DNA from: Felis catus
Taxonomy: Eukaryota
Length of the DNA stretch: 64,000 bases
Direction of reading: 5' to 3'
Assembly (NCBI RefSeq): GCF_018350175.1
Contig: NC_058368.1
Location: forward strand, 61,444,001 to 61,508,000
Under the pieces are notes generated by a model, which saw only the letters and a program-made list of their open reading frames with translations, had not been told where the DNA came from and did no database searches. The translations under genes were made by a program, and so were the position numbers. Position 1 is the stretch's first letter; the number at the start of each line of letters is the position of its first letter. Shown one piece after another: positions 12,400 to 27,070 of this stretch.

Positions 12400-15300
12400 T
12401 GATGTTGAGCATCTTTTTATGTGTCTGTTAGCCATCTGGACATCTTCTTTGGAAAAGTGTCAGTTTATGTCTTCTGTCCATTTCTTCCCTGGATTATTTG
12501 TTCTTTGACAAGTTATTTATAGATTTTTGTATACTAACCCTTTAAAAGATACATCATTTGGAAATATCTCCTACTATTCTATAGGTTGCCTTTCAGTTTT
12601 GTTGATTGTTTCCTTTTCCGTGCAAAAGTTTTTTTTATCTTGATGAGGTTCCAATAGTTCATTTTTGCTTTTATTTCACTTGTCTCTGGAGATATGGCTA
12701 GTAAGAAGTTGCTGCAGTAGAGATCAAAGAGATTGCTACCTATTTCCTCCTCTAGGATTTTGATGGTAACCTGTTTCACATTTAGGTCTTTCATCAATTT
12801 TGAATTTATTTTTGTGCATGGTGTAAGAAAGTGGTCCAGTTTCATCCTTCTGTATGTCACTGTCCAATTTTCCCAGCACTATTTCCTGAAGTGACAGTCT
12901 TTTTTCCATTGGATACTCTTTCCTACTTTGTTGAAGATTAGTTGGCCATACATTTGTGGGTCCATTTCTCCATTCTATGTTCTGGTTCATTGATCTATAT
13001 GTCTTTTTTTGTTCCAGTATCATGCAGTCTTGATGATTACAGCTTTGTAATACAGCTTAAAATCCGGAATTGTGGTGCCTCCCACTTTGGTTTTCTTTTT
13101 CAACATTACGTTGGCTATTTTTTTTTTTTCTGGTTCCATACAAATTTTAGGAGTGTTTGTTCTAGCTCTGTGAAGAATGCTAGTGTTATTTTGATAGGGA
13201 TAGCACTGAATGTGTAGATTGCTCTGGGTAGTATAGACATTTTAACAATATTTGTTCTTCTAATCCATGAGCATGGAATGTTTTTCCATTTCTTTGTTTC
13301 TTATTCAATTTTTTTCATAAGTTTTCTATAGTTTTCAGCATATAGATCTTTTACCTCTTTGGTTAAGTTTATTCCTAGGTATCTTATGGTTTTTGGTGCA
13401 ATTGTAAATGAGATTCATTTCTTGATTCTCTTTTTGATGCTTCATTATTTGATGTATAGAAATGCAGCCAACTTCTGTATGCTGATTTTATATCCTGTGA
13501 CTTTGCGGAATTCAAACATCAGTTCTAGCAGTTTATTGGTGGAGTCTCTCAGGTTTTCTATGTAGAGTATCATGTCATCTGTAACGAGTGAAAGTTTGAC
13601 TTTTTGCCAATGTCTTTTATCTCTTTTGTTGTCTGATTGCTGAGGTTAGGACTTCCAGTACTATGTTGGACAAAATTGGTGAGAATGGACACACCTATTG
13701 TGTTTGTGACCTTAGGGGGAAAGTTCTCAGTTTTTCTCCATTGAGGATGACATTAGCTGTGGGCCTTTCATATATGGATTTTATGGTATTCAGCTATGTT
13801 CCTTGTATCCCTTGATATCCTTGTATCCTATGTTCCTTGAGGTTTTTTACCAAGAAAGTATTCTGTATTGTGTCAGATGCTTTTTCTGCATGTACTGAAA
13901 GGATCATATGGTTCTTATTTTCTATTTTATTAATGCAGTGTATGATATTAATTGATTTGTGAATATTGAGCCAACTCTTCAGCCCAGGAATAAATCACAC
14001 TTGATCATGGTGAATAATTCTTTTAATGTACTGCTGAATTAAATTTGATAGTATCTTGTTGAGAATTTTTGCATCCAGATTCATCAGGGATATTGGCCTG
14101 TATATTTTCTTTTCAGTGGGGTTTTTGTCTGGTTTTGGAACCAAGGTATTAATGGCTTCATAGAATGAGTTTGGAAGCTTTTCCTCCATTTCTACTTTTT
14201 TGGAACAGTTTGAGAAGAATAGGTATTAACTCTTCTTTAAATGTCTAGTAGAATACCCCTGGGAAGCCATCTGGTCCAGGATTCTTATTTGTTGGGAGAT
14301 TTTTGATAACTGATACAATCTCTTTGCTGGTTATAGGCCTATTCAAATTTTCTATTTTTTCCTCTTTGAGTTTTGGTAGTGTGTGAGTGTCTAGAAAATT
14401 GTTCATTTCTTCCAGGCCATCCAGTTTGTTGGCATATAATTTTTATAGTATTTTCTTAGATTTGTTTGTATTTCTGTAGTGTTGTTTGTGATCTCTCATC
14501 TTTCATTTGTGATTTTATTATTTGGGTTCTCTTTCTTTTCTTTTTGATAAGTCTGGCTAGGGATTTATCAATTTTGTTTATTCTTTCAACAACCAGCTCT
14601 TAGTTTCATTGATCTGTTCTACTGGTTTTTGTTTGTTTCTATATCATTTATTTCTGCTCTAATCTTTATTACTCTCCTTCTTCTGCTGACTTTAGGCTTT
14701 ATTTGTGACTCCTTTTCTAGCTTTTTTAGGTATAAGGTTAAGTCATATATTCAAGACCTTTTTTGCTTCTTGAGATAGGCCTGAATTGCAATGTACTTTA
14801 CTCCTAGGACTGACTTTGCTGCATCACAAAAGATTTGGACTGTTATGTTTTCATTTCCATTTGCTACCATGTATATTTTTAATTTATTATTTAATGTCCT
14901 GGCTTACTCATTCATTCTTTAGTAGATTGTTCTTTAACTTTCATGTACTTGAGGGTTTTCCAATTTTTTTTTCTGGTGGTTGATTTCAAGTTTCATAGCA
15001 TTGTGATCTGAAAATATGTATGGTATGATCTCAATCTTCATATACTTGATGAGGGCTGAGTTTTGATCTAGTATGTGATCTTTTCTGGAAAATATTCCAT
15101 GTTCTCTCAAGAAGAATGTATATTCTGCTGCTTTAGGATTAAATGTTCTAAATATATCTGTTAAGTCCATCTGGTCCAGTGTGTCATTCAAAGCCATTGT
15201 TTCTTTGTTGGTTTTCTTTTTAGATCATCTGTCCATTGCTGCAAGTGGAGTATTAAAGTCTCCTACTGTTATGGTATTTTTATCAATGGGGTTCTTTTTG

Positions 15301-18300
15301 TTTGTGATTAATTGATTTATATATTTGGGTGCCTAAAGTTGCGGGCATAAATATTTACAATTGATAGATTGTCTTGATTGAAAGGCCCCTCAATTATGAT
15401 ATAATGCCTTCTTCATCTCTTGTGACAGTCTGTTTTAAAATATAGTTTTTCTGATATAAGTATGGCTACTCCAGCTTTCTTTTGATGTCCATTAGCATAA
15501 TATACGGTTCTCCATCCTCTCACTTTCAATCTGCAGGTGTCCTCAGGTCTAAGATGAGTTTCTTGTAGGTAGCATATATATGGATCTTGTGGGGTTTTGT
15601 TTTGTGTTGTTTTGTTTTGTTTTGTTATGCATTCTGAGATCCTATGTCTTTTGTCTGGAGCATTCAGTACATTTACATTCAGAGTGATTATTGAAATATA
15701 TGAATTTAGTGCCATTGTGTTATCTGTAGAATTGGTGTTTCTGGTGATGTCCTCTGGTCCTTTTATAGTCTTTGTTGCTTTGGTCTTTTTTTTTTCCTCC
15801 ACTCAGAGTACCCCTTAAAATTTCTTTCAGAGATGATGTAATAGGCGTGAACTCCTTTAGATTTGTTTGTCTTGGAAAGACTTTATTTCTCCTTCTGTTC
15901 TGATTGACAGCTTTGCTGGATAAAGGATTCTTGGCTGTGTATTTTTCCTAATTAGCACAATGAAATTTTTCTGCCACTACCTTCTGGCATGCCAAGTCAG
16001 TGGACGGATCTGCTATTAACCTTATGTGTCTACTTTTGTAGGTTAAGAACCTTTTGTCCACACCTGCTTTCAGAATTCTCTCTTTATCTTTGTATTTTGC
16101 AAATTTCGTTATGATATGTCATGGTGTTGGCCAGTTTTTGTTTATTTTGAAGGGAGTTCTCTGTGCCTTTTAGACTTGGATGCCTATTTCCTTCCCTTGA
16201 ATAGGGAAGTTTTCAGCTAGAATTTTTCAAATAAAACTTCTGTCACTGTTTCTCACTTTTCTTCTGGGAATCCTGTGATACAAATATTGTTTCATTTCAT
16301 GGAATCACTTAGTTCTCTAAGTCTCCCCTTGTGATCTAGTATTTTCATTTACTTCTCTTTTTTTCATCTTCATTTTCCACAATTTTATCTTCTATATCAT
16401 CTATTGTCTCCTTTGTTTCTCCAATCCTCGTTGTCAGTGTATCTAGTTTATTTTGCAAGTCAGTCATAGCATTTTTTTTATTCATCCTGACTAGTTCTTA
16501 AGTTTTTGATCTCTGCAACGTGGCCTTCCCTGGTGTCTTCTATGCTTTTTTCAAGCCCAGCTAGTTGTTCTAAATTCTTGTTCAGATATATTTCTTATAT
16601 CTGTTTTGAGCAAGTCCCTGGCTGTGATTTTTTTTCTTGACCTTTCTTTTGGGGAGAATTCCTCCATCTTTTCACTTTGCCTAAGTTTCTGTCTTTTGTA
16701 TATTTTAAAAGCTTCTTCTATTTCCTGTATCTGAAAATACTACTATATTAAAAAGGGGTCATACATTGTCCCAGGCCTGGCATTTCAGGAAGTGTTTCTG
16801 GTGTATACTGTGTGCACTCTGCTGTTGTGTTTGCACTACTCTTTCCCACCAGTAAGTCCTCTGCATAGCTCCTTGCAATGGTGAAGTGCTTGGACCTCTA
16901 ACCAGGTGTGCTTTGATTTGTTTGTTGAAGTAACGCTGGAAAAAAGGGGGGCCTGATCCCCCTAAAAATAAAAGGAAAGGGAACAGAAAAACCCCAGAGA
17001 ATCTAAAAACTACAAGGTTGATTGAAAATAAAATGAAAGGAAAAAATAGGGGGGAAAAGCAGAAGAAAAGAAAAAAAAGAATGAAAAAGAAAAGAATAGA
17101 AAACTGATCTGAGAGAGAGAGAGAGAGAAAACAAAATGAAACAAAACAAATAGAAAACTATGAGCCTGATTCCAAAAGGAAAAAAAAGAAGAAGGAGGGG
17201 AAGAAAAAGGGAAAAAAAACAGAGTTGTCTGCTTGGGGGTGCTGGCTGTGCTTGTCTGGAGGAGAGGCCAACTGCATTGGCTCAGTCAGTCTTGCCTCAG
17301 TAGATAGGCAGTTTTCAGGCACAGAGGGGCACAGTTTGGTGTAAGCACGTCCCACCTCCACTGGGGGCTGCTGTGTTGCTCTCTGAAGTCCCACATGTTG
17401 GTGTTGGGGGTGGAAATGGCAGCACCACAACCTCTCATCCCTTCCGGGGGATATAAACCCCCACTCCTCAGGCAGTGAGGGAAGTCAGCTTGCCCTGTGT
17501 CACAACTCTCCTGCGTTTTTTCTTTGGCATGCGAATGGGGTTCAAAACCCAGTGTCTTAAAGGACTAAGCATGGCATGGTTCTACTCTCCTTCTCTGGAG
17601 TAACTCCACCCTGCTGATGAAAGGCCTTTGGTTGGCATCGACAGTGTTTTTTTTTTTTCCTTGAGAAAGTAATAAACCCACTTCCAAAAGTGCTCCAGCA
17701 AGGTGACTGTTCTTTCCCAGAGCACACTAGAGATCTCTACACCATGCTATGCACACTGGGGCCAGCTCCCTCCTCCCCAGGAGCATGCACCTCAGCTCCA
17801 GAGAAAGTTGCACACTTTCAAAACCTCAGAGTCTGAGTTCCAAAAGCTGTTTGCAAAAAAGAACTGGGATACTCAGTACTTCTTGTTTCCCAGTCTGTGG
17901 TCCAGAGAGGTTTTCCTCTTGTGCTAACTCAATGCTGCACTATCTCAATACTTCTTTCTCTCTCTGCTTTGTCTCTCCATGAAAAGGCTTACTTTGTCTC
18001 CATGCCGCCACCATTCTTTTCTCTTCCAATTCACATCCGTGTACCTGGCACCTGCCAAGCTGTCTCCCTCGAACTGTGAAGATCCTTTTGCATGCTGCAG
18101 ATCAATTTCCTGGGTGTTTCAAGTAATCTGACCTCTATATACCTGTGTTTGAAGGATAAGGAAAGCCCAGGGTCCCCCTACTTCTCTGACATCTTAAATA
18201 GTCTCTGGATGGATATTATTTGGCACAGTATGACCCAAGATAGAACCCCAAATTTAATAGATTCATGTACTTCTTACACATGTTTGACAGTCTGAGTTGA

Positions 18301-20134
18301 TGTGCTTTAGCAAATACTATTTTTGGTTAATCCAAATTAAAAATGGTTTTCAAAAACAAAAACCATAAATAAATAAATTAATTAATCAATTAAAAATGGT
18401 TCTCAAACTTGCCAAAATGGCACCTGAGCGCTTTTACACCATTATCAGCATTAGACATTTTTTTCCATTTTTGGTATAATATGATATTTTCTTAAGATAA
18501 TGGAAAAACAATAAAGCTATTTTTAAAAAAGCTCCGGTTTGGCTCATTCTTCACTTATATTTAATTTTAAAGACCATTTGTGATCAGACTCTAATTTGCT
18601 ATTTCTTTTTTGCTACTATGCATTTTGCATTTAAGAACTCCATCCACAAATCCGTAATTTCAGTGTAGTAAAATAAATGACAAACATTTAATAGTATGAT
18701 GTTAGTAAGATCAATTTTTGAGTTTTAAAATAACTCACACTGGTTAATTTATTTGTAAGTGTTAATTATTTACCTGATGTTGATTAATTTACCTGATATT
18801 GATTAATTATCTCTACTTTAAGAGGTCTTGCTGTGAACTTGAAATGAGATGGTTTTAAGACATTGAGATTTCATGCATCCTTCATTTGCCAGAAGAAAGG
18901 CTACAATTCACTGGGATATGAGAAACTCATCAAAACAAACCAAGTACCAAAAATACATGGAACAAAATTGTTCCCTTTAGACATTCTATACAGAGGGATA
19001 TTTCAGCTACTGAATCTGGGCTTTGCTCATATCCAAGCTGGAGAAATCCTGTAAGGATTCAGTGCTAGAAACATGCAGTCACATACTTTTTCCAAATATA
19101 GTGTACATCACAGATATTTTGGGGACTAAGAAACAGAGAAGTTTACATCAAGATGAAAACTGTATTCAATAAATATATTAATATATTTCTCTGTGATTTC
19201 TATTTCTCATTTTAAATTTAGTGCTATAAATTGATGATATTAAAGACCTTGATATGCTTTCCTGTTTAATACATATGTAGCCCAAATTATCTGTTTCTCA
19301 TTTAGAGCTCAGCTTTTCAACTTAAGTTTGAAATATAATTCTGAACTTCTCAATTGACTTGGTAAAAAGTAATGATAAAGATGATGTGTGAGGGAGATCA
19401 TGGACATTGACCATTTTATTTCAATAATTATAGAGTATTATCTAGCTTTTTTCCCCTTTTTTTTGTTTTGTTTTTGGTGTGCCAACTCTAGTTCAAGGAA
19501 ATTTCCTCAAAGAAATTTTATGGCATATAATTATATTTATTCAAAGCGATGATGTGATTTGATTTTCTCTTTTACAATTTTGGCATTTTCTTTAAAAAAC
19601 ACCAATTTAATGGAGTGTGTTAATCCACTAATTAAATAGCCTTCTTTCTTTTCACAGTGATGCTAAACCCAAGACTAAAGTAACTTGAACTTATTATAAT
19701 AATGATCTTGAGACTCTTTGAAACATTTTTCTTTTTCAAATGAAATTCATTTTATTTTTAACAGATAAATTTAAAGATGCAGAATTAACATTCATTTGGA
19801 TATTGTTTCTAATGACTTCTGGATTGGAAAACAAAAATCATTTCATCTTTATTTATAAATAATCAGTTTATGCATTGCCTATTAATGTCATAGTCAACAA
19901 GAGCAATGGCCATGTTATTTTTAAAACTTCCCACTTAACACTCTTCTCTCAATAACAGTAGTCTCGTATCATTTTATATCCTTGTCTTCAGAGCCTGGTT
20001 TTAAGTAAGTCTTCCTTTTGTGTATGTGTAAGTGTTTAATGGAATTAACACAATCTGATATACACAGGTGATATTTGTTGACGGTTTGGGGAAGAGATTA
20101 TGATTTCCTATAGCATATAGTGATATGAATTACA

Positions 20135-21370
20135 TTAATTAATTCAATAAATATTTATTTTGCCTAGGTACCATGCTCAGGATAAGAGTGTAAAGGTGAC
20201 CAAACTGTATAATCTATTAAGATTGACAAAATATTATTCAGACAATTCAGTAAATAAAGTAAGCTTGGAGGTGGTGTTAAACTTTGCATAGAGCATATTG
20301 TTCTACCTGTAAATAACACTTGAAATTTGAATCATATGAGATTTGTAGATAAACAGTGTAATTCAGGCAAAGGGCATAGAATGTCCAAAATCCTTGCTGT
20401 TAGAAGTAAAAGGTGCATCTGAATTGCTAAAAGTCCTTTGTTATGGAGCCTCAAGAGTGAAGGTGATGGTGAGGGAGGTTTGAGATGGAGATGGGTATGA
20501 AGTCAGGGATTTTGTCATATCCTATAGGACACTAGTTTCTAAACTTAGAGAAAAAATAAAGCATTTTTGAAATATAGTTAATATTAAGATAATTTTATTT
20601 GAAAATAAATAATCATTATTGACCCGTAAAGACTTTATTGGACGTTGAGAGTCTACGGAAAGTTATTGGAGTAATCTAGGCATTGGTGATGTTGTAAAGG
20701 AAGAGGCATATTGGCAGTGAAGATGGAGAAATCACATGTATACTTTATGGATTGGATTTCACTTAAGTAGTAAGTGGTGAGGAAGAGGAAGGTGATAGGA
20801 TGGCAGATATTTTTCTGGCTTGCTCACTTGCATGAATGGTGTTGCACTGAATTGGAAGTCTTCCAATTTGATAAGGTGAGGGGAAAAGGAAAATCACAAT
20901 TTTGTTTTTGATGTATTGATTTTAAGGCACTTTTGATGTTAAAAAAAAGAACTGTTCCAAAGACTCTACTGTATGAATATGGAGAATAGAGAAGAGTGAG
21001 CAGTGGATATGAGATCAGGAATTTCTGTAAATAAATAGCATTCAATGACATGTTTGTGAATAAAATTCCTCAGGGAAAATATTCAATTGATAAGTAGGCA
21101 CAAATGTAGTTTAATGAATTTCAAAATTCATGTGGGGAAAAGGAAAATGACCCTGAAGAAGAGAAAAAGGACATCCAGAGGAAAAGGAAGAAAACCTGGG
21201 GAGTGGGGTGCACAGAGATTGCTGTAAAAAAAGTGTTTCAATAAAAGAGTTGACAAGTGTTGATAGAAGCTTATGTAAGGTAATATAAGATAATAAACAT
21301 GAATTCCATTGAATTTAGTCACATGGAGGTCATTAGTGACATTATGAAAGCATGTATGTTGGAGGTGGAT
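20135..21370 (-). mobile_element. LINE-2 fragment
   Basis: L2 3' signature attcaataaatatttatt followed by purine-rich L2 body. Confidence 0.65.
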
Positions 21371-21399
21371 TTCAAGTTACGTTTCTCTTATAACTCACA

Positions 21400-21790
21400 T
21401 GTAATTCAGCAAAAATTTCTGTTAACTCTATTTACAAAACTCATCTAGAATCTCCCTGTGTCTCATTTCTCCACTGTCACTACCCTGGTCCAACCCTCAT
21501 CATCTCTTGCCTAGACAACAACTTATTCCCAGTGTTCTCTTGGAATCTGTCTCCAACACAGTAGTATGAATAAGCCTTTAAAAATATAAATCAGGTTATG
21601 TTGTTACTCAGTTTGAGATACTGAAATGACTTCCCACTTCAACCAAAGTAAAAAGCAAATTTACAATTTACAAGGCTACGCATAAGCTGGCTCTTGTTAC
21701 CTCCCAGACACCACTTCATTCTCTTCCCACTTCATTCCCTCTACTCCAGCCACACTGGCCTGCTCTTCTTGCTCATATAACATTGCCACA
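21400..21790 (+). mobile_element. LINE-2 fragment
   Basis: L2 motif ctccactgtcactaccctggtccaa..catcatctcttgcctagac. Confidence 0.65.
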
Positions 21791-22529
21791 GTAGGTTTCT
21801 TTGGCTCTTAACTCATGGAGCCACTCTGGTAGAGCAGAACTTCTCTCTGGAACTTTGATGGGGCTAAGGAAGAGGGAAGCAAATTAGGCCAAATCAAAAT
21901 GTCATGTGGCCAGTCATAACATCAAAAGACTAGGAATGGAACATCTTCATAGACAGGGATATCTAATGTGCTGAAAATAAGATAATCTACCAAGGCCTTA
22001 ATATATGCCAATATTTTCCTAGGTATCTGATACCCATTTGATACTAGAATGCCAAAACATTATTATTGTCATTTAAATGATCTTAATGTTTTTACATTGT
22101 TTTCCTTTTATTTTTATTTTAACTCTCGTTAGCTATTTTACTAAATATATTTTTTCTCTTCTACATTTCTAGGAAGAGATTCCCTTTTAAAAAAATATTT
22201 TGGCTTTTTCTCACATTCATTGGCATTTAAGTTTAGTTCATAATTTTACTTTCTGACTCCAGAGCCAAATTTAATTTTAAAAATCCCATAAATGTAGTCC
22301 TGTGTTTTCATTGAATAGCAAAACATCACCAGATAAAATGATGCAAATTCATAAGCTTCAATTTGCTAATAAAAAAAAAACTCTGGTTTTACCAGTCATA
22401 TTGAGTTTTCCTTTCCTGAGTGGCAGACAACTGGAGAAAGATTAAGCTCCTTTTTTGTGCCATCCTAAGCTGACAGGAGAAAGGAGAGAACTTAGTAGCA
22501 GTCCAATGCTAATGAAGTATGAAGATTCC

Positions 22530-23275
22530 CCAATAAATTAAAAATAGAACTACCATGTGATCTAGCAATTCTACTTCTGGGGATGTATCCAAAGGTAACA
22601 AAAACACTAACTCAGAAAGATATCTGAAAATCCTTGTTCATAGCAGCATTATTTATGGTAGCCAAGACATGGTAACAATGTAAGTGTCCACTTATGGATG
22701 AAAGGATAAATAACACACACATGCACACAAAGAAATATTATTCAGTCACAAAAATTAGGAAGTCCTACTATTTGTAACAATATGGATGGCACTTGAAGTT
22801 ATTATGCAAAGTGAAATCTGTCAGAAAAAGACAAATACTTTTTGATCTCGTATATAGTGTAATCAAAAAACAAAACAAACTCATAGAAAAAGAGATCAGA
22901 CTTGTGGTTACTAAAGATAGGGGTGTGGGAGAAGGGAGGATTGGAAGAAGGTGGTCAAAAGGTACAAACTTCCAGTTATGTGATAAATAAGTGATAGGGA
23001 TGTAATATACAGCGTGATGACCACAGCTAACACTGCTGTATGATCTATAGGAAACTTGTTAAGGGAGTAAATCCTAAGAGTTCTCATCATAAGGAGAAAA
23101 AAGTTTCCCCTTATAATTTATTCTTTTCTTTTACTGTATCTGTATGAGAAAATGGATGATGAACTTATTGTGGTAATTATGTCACAACCTATATAAATCA
23201 AACCATTTTTCTGTATACTAAACTGATACAGTGATGTATGTCAATTACTACTCTATAAAATTGGAAAAATTAAAA
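22530..23275 (+). mobile_element. 5'-truncated L1 (L1MA-type 3' end)
   Basis: aaattaaaaatagaactaccat..gatc.agcaatt.cacttctggg motif through 3'UTR and A-rich end. Confidence 0.85.
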
Positions 23276-24359
23276 ACAAAATAGAAATGGTAAATTTTTT
23301 AACATACATGGTTATATGGTACCAGGTAGACTTAGTTAAGATAGATTCCTGGAAAAGCTCCTGAAAGGTTAGGCAGACAGAGAAGAATGTATCTTTCTGT
23401 GCATATACCAAATGGGATGTGTCTCTATCTAAAGGGTTGGGGAAAGGGAAGCAGGAGACAATAATATCATATGGCTTTCAGAGGTGAGTCACAAACCCAC
23501 TGAATTTATGATGAGATCAGACATGTTCTCAATGTCAGTCCTAGGAAATAATACTGAAGGCAGATTTAAAACCTGGTGCTTTAGTGTGAGCTCAGAAACA
23601 AAAATCACTAGACAGTGAGGACCACAGCTAGAGGGAGACAGAAAAATAAAACAAAACAATGGAAACTAATAATCTCTCACCTTTCAAAGAAAATACTTTA
23701 AATGAACTTGCAAACAGAAATGTCAAAGCTCATGAAGAAATCCAGTGCTAAACAACAACAACAACAAACAAACAATATATTCAGCAATTAGATAGTAGTA
23801 ATTTCTAGTCTTTCTAAAGGAAACTCATTTTATATATCAATCTAACCAAGATTTTGAAACACATATGTTAAGACTGTTCAAATATGGAAAGATACAATTT
23901 TTACTTAAAAACAAGCATGCATTTATAAAATATCAAAAGGGAGGAGTTTAACAAAGTCCTATAAATAGCAAATAAACATTGAAATTGCTGAGTTTCTAGT
24001 TAAGGAGATCTGGGAGCATGAAGTTTGATCATCTTGGATTACTGTCTTCCCCACTTTATCCAGAAATTCAATTTCCCTAGTTTATGAATGTCTACATCCT
24101 AGTATTTGCCATGGGCATTCAATTTCCCTGACCTCTGTGCAAGGTCATATAAGTAAGATGCATAGTGGAATGGACCTCTTAAAAGGTCTATTTCATAGCC
24201 CAGTCTTTGAATAATTATATTCTACAACAGAGTATTTCAACTTGACTTTATCATGTGGTATACATCAAAGCGGCGTAGAATACCATTGTTACCATATTCC
24301 TATATTGGAGATTAACAATATTCACTAAATATTTGTGAAATATTGCAAAATGCTTAAAT

Positions 24360-24548
24360 ATGTGAGTTTTGGAGACAGGCTGTTTGGATTAGAAACTCAG
24401 TTCCATCACTTAAATTTTAGTGGCTATGTGAGTTTAGCTAATCCTCTACTCTAAACCTGGGATTCTTGATTTGAAATGAAATTAGTCACAGTACCTGCAT
24501 CAGTCAAGTATTGCAAGGGTTAAATGGAACAGTAAATGGAAAGTATTT
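24360..24548 (+). mobile_element. MIR
   Basis: Diverged MIR core (ttggagacaggc...tgtgagttt...agtacct...agggttaaatg). Confidence 0.6.
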
Positions 24549-25680
24549 GTCATGAAATACTCAAATCTACAAATTTTCACTGATTTTATTTATAATATCT
24601 ACATATGTTTATTTAGTGGTAATTACGGAAATTTAAACAATAATTTGTTGTATGAAGCAACATGATGAAAGCACATGTTTGATATATAACTATAGAATGA
24701 CTTTATTTTTTTGTTTTAATTCTTGTATGGTTCTAGAGAATAAGTTGTTTTTATAATTAAATGATAAATCAAAGTAATTTAAGCAAAAATGAGTAATGCA
24801 TTTATATTTCTTTTCGATCAATTGGTAAAAGGCTAGTGACTGGTTGTGTACTCATCAGAAAGTTTTATATTTATAAATTAACTGTACTTTATAAAATTGC
24901 TAATGGTGAAATAAAATGTCCCATCCTGAGAATAAACGTCATTACACTTTGAGATGATTATTATTGGGTAGAAAAACATGGAATTAAAAATAAAACTTTT
25001 TTTTAGGATTTAGAAATAGAGCTTCTATTAATTGATAAAGATTACCTGTATTATCTTATATCTGACATCATGCTCAACAGCGAATATTTTTTTCAAAAAA
25101 AAATTCTTTGAGTTTTTTTTTTTTGTTTTTGCCAGCACTTTTTGTTCCAATAAAGAAAAACAAAATCAAACAAAATTTAAAAGGATTATAAAGCAACATT
25201 GTCATGATTCTGAGGTGGAATATTTACCTTTATGGAAAGTTCAAGTGATTACAGAGAATATTATTTGAAATTTTAAGGATGTTAACAATATCATTGATAT
25301 AAGATCAATATAAAAGATTATTTTTTCCAAACGTTAATACACTTAAGAAAATGAAATTAATTAAAAGATAACATTTGCATCAGCAACAAATGATTAGGTA
25401 CTTAGGAATGTATCTTTTTAAAAGGTATGCAAAACTGTTAATAGTTTTTAGTTTTTAGTTTTATGAAGTACCTTAATAAATAGATGAAATGACCCAGCAT
25501 AAAATTGTACATGCTCTTCAAATTTAGAGTATCAAAGCAATTCCAACCAAAATATCAAAATATTTTTTCTTAATTTTAATAAGTTTTACAAGATATTTCT
25601 AGAATCTATATAAAATTGTGAAGGACAAGCATAATCAAGGTTCCTCTAAAGATGATGAAGTTGAAAAGAAAGAATTTGTT

Positions 25681-25892
25681 GGGGCACCTGGGTGGCTCAG
25701 TCAGTTAAGCATCTGACTTCGGCTCAGGTCATGATCTCACGGTTTGTGGGTTTGAGCCCTGCGTCAGGCTCTGTGCTGACAGCTCAGAGCCTGGACCCTG
25801 CTTCTGATTCTGTGTCTCCCTCTCTCTCCACCCCTCCCCCACTCATGTTCTGTCACACTGTCTCAGAAATAAACATTAAAAAAAATTCTTTT
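25681..25892 (+). mobile_element. Felid CAN-SINE within an old L1M fragment
   Basis: ggggcacctgggtggctcagtc head, SINE body, A-rich tail, imperfect TSD. Confidence 0.92.
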
Positions 25893-26071
25893 AAAAGAAA
25901 GGAAGGAATTTATTGATGATTATTCAACTCTCCGTTTTTGCTGAAAATGATTGTCAAACTTACCTAAAGTTTTGTATGATCTGAATTCCATTTCTTCTCT
26001 GAGCTCATCTTATACTATTTTTCTCCTTCTCCCTCCTCTCTCCTTCCTTCCTCTCTGTCTCTCTCTCCTCT

Positions 26072-26073
<2 letters not shown>

Positions 26074-26106
<33 letters not shown>

Positions 26107-26136
26107 GCACACACACAAAACACACACACACACACA
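26074..26136. repeat. (CA)n microsatellite within an L2 fragment
   Basis: Directly visible. Confidence 0.85.
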
Positions 26137-26759
26137 CTCCTCTTGCTCTTTCTGAGGCATGGCATATACATGGAGTTATGAAATACTTGAATACCCTTCT
26201 TCAAGTTAGCCACTTGGTTTACTCCCTCACCACCTAAAAATCTGTTAAAAAATACATTTGCATAGTGGGGACTATCTTAACCACTCTTCTTAACCTCATA
26301 GTCTTCTACCAAATACAACTCTCTCTCAGTTCCCATTACCCTGCGGTATTTATTTTTCCACATCATTTTTCATGTCCTAGCATTCTAAAAAAGAATTCTA
26401 GTTTAGTATTCTTATTATTTCACTTCACTCTCTAGAGTATAAGTTTCTGAAGATAATTTGTTTTTGTTCATGTATGACATTACAAGTTTTAGAACTATGT
26501 GTATTCTATACAAATGGTATATATATATGAATATTAATAAATACTAAGAATGACTAATTAATAGTTGTTAATGAATTACAATGTGTGTTATTAATAATAT
26601 GCAGTAAAAAATACTCGTTGGCTTATTGAACTGAATTTCACATGTGAGTGTAGAGAGATTATGTGATTTATACAATAATGGGAAGATGGTAGAGTCTGAA
26701 ATTGGATTAGAATCATTCCTATATCCCCATTAAATCTTTGTTCTGCAAACTTAAGGGTA

Positions 26760-26920
26760 AATACGCATTATCTAGGTACCTTTTATATAGAGGTATCTAG
26801 ACCCAATTCTCAGAGATTCTTATTTTGTGTATCAGGTTTTGTCCTTATAACCTGTGCTCTAAACAAACACCCCATGTGGCTTTTGATGCAAGTAGCTAAA
26901 TTCTACTTCGAAAAACCCTG
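26760..26920. mobile_element. MER5-like hAT DNA transposon relic
   Basis: cagagattct..tt....tc.ggg and aaacaa.c.ccca.gtg.tt.tgatgca motifs. Confidence 0.5.
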
Positions 26921-27070
26921 AATTGTTGAACTGTAACAATGACTAATTTAATATTTTTTCCCCTATTTATTCCACATTTTGCATAAATTTGGGTGCCCTA
27001 GAACTGCATTTATCAATCCTGCATTTGTATAGAAGTGTGAAGCATATTTACAAGCTGGAGGAGGGGGCAG

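Larger units (their letters stand above)
11048..18196 (-). mobile_element. Near-full-length, degenerate LINE-1 (second subfamily, different 5'UTR)
   Basis: ORF2 fragments ([55 protein letters not shown]), ORF1 region ~15800-16700, 5'UTR with GA-rich tract, 3' T-rich tail. No clear TSD seen. Confidence 0.95.

Noticed and set aside
19959..20004. Plus-strand mini-exon candidate (aataacag / gtaagt)
   Set aside because: Good splice signals but no recognisable peptide or partner exon; such sites arise by chance in AT-rich DNA. Not fully excluded.
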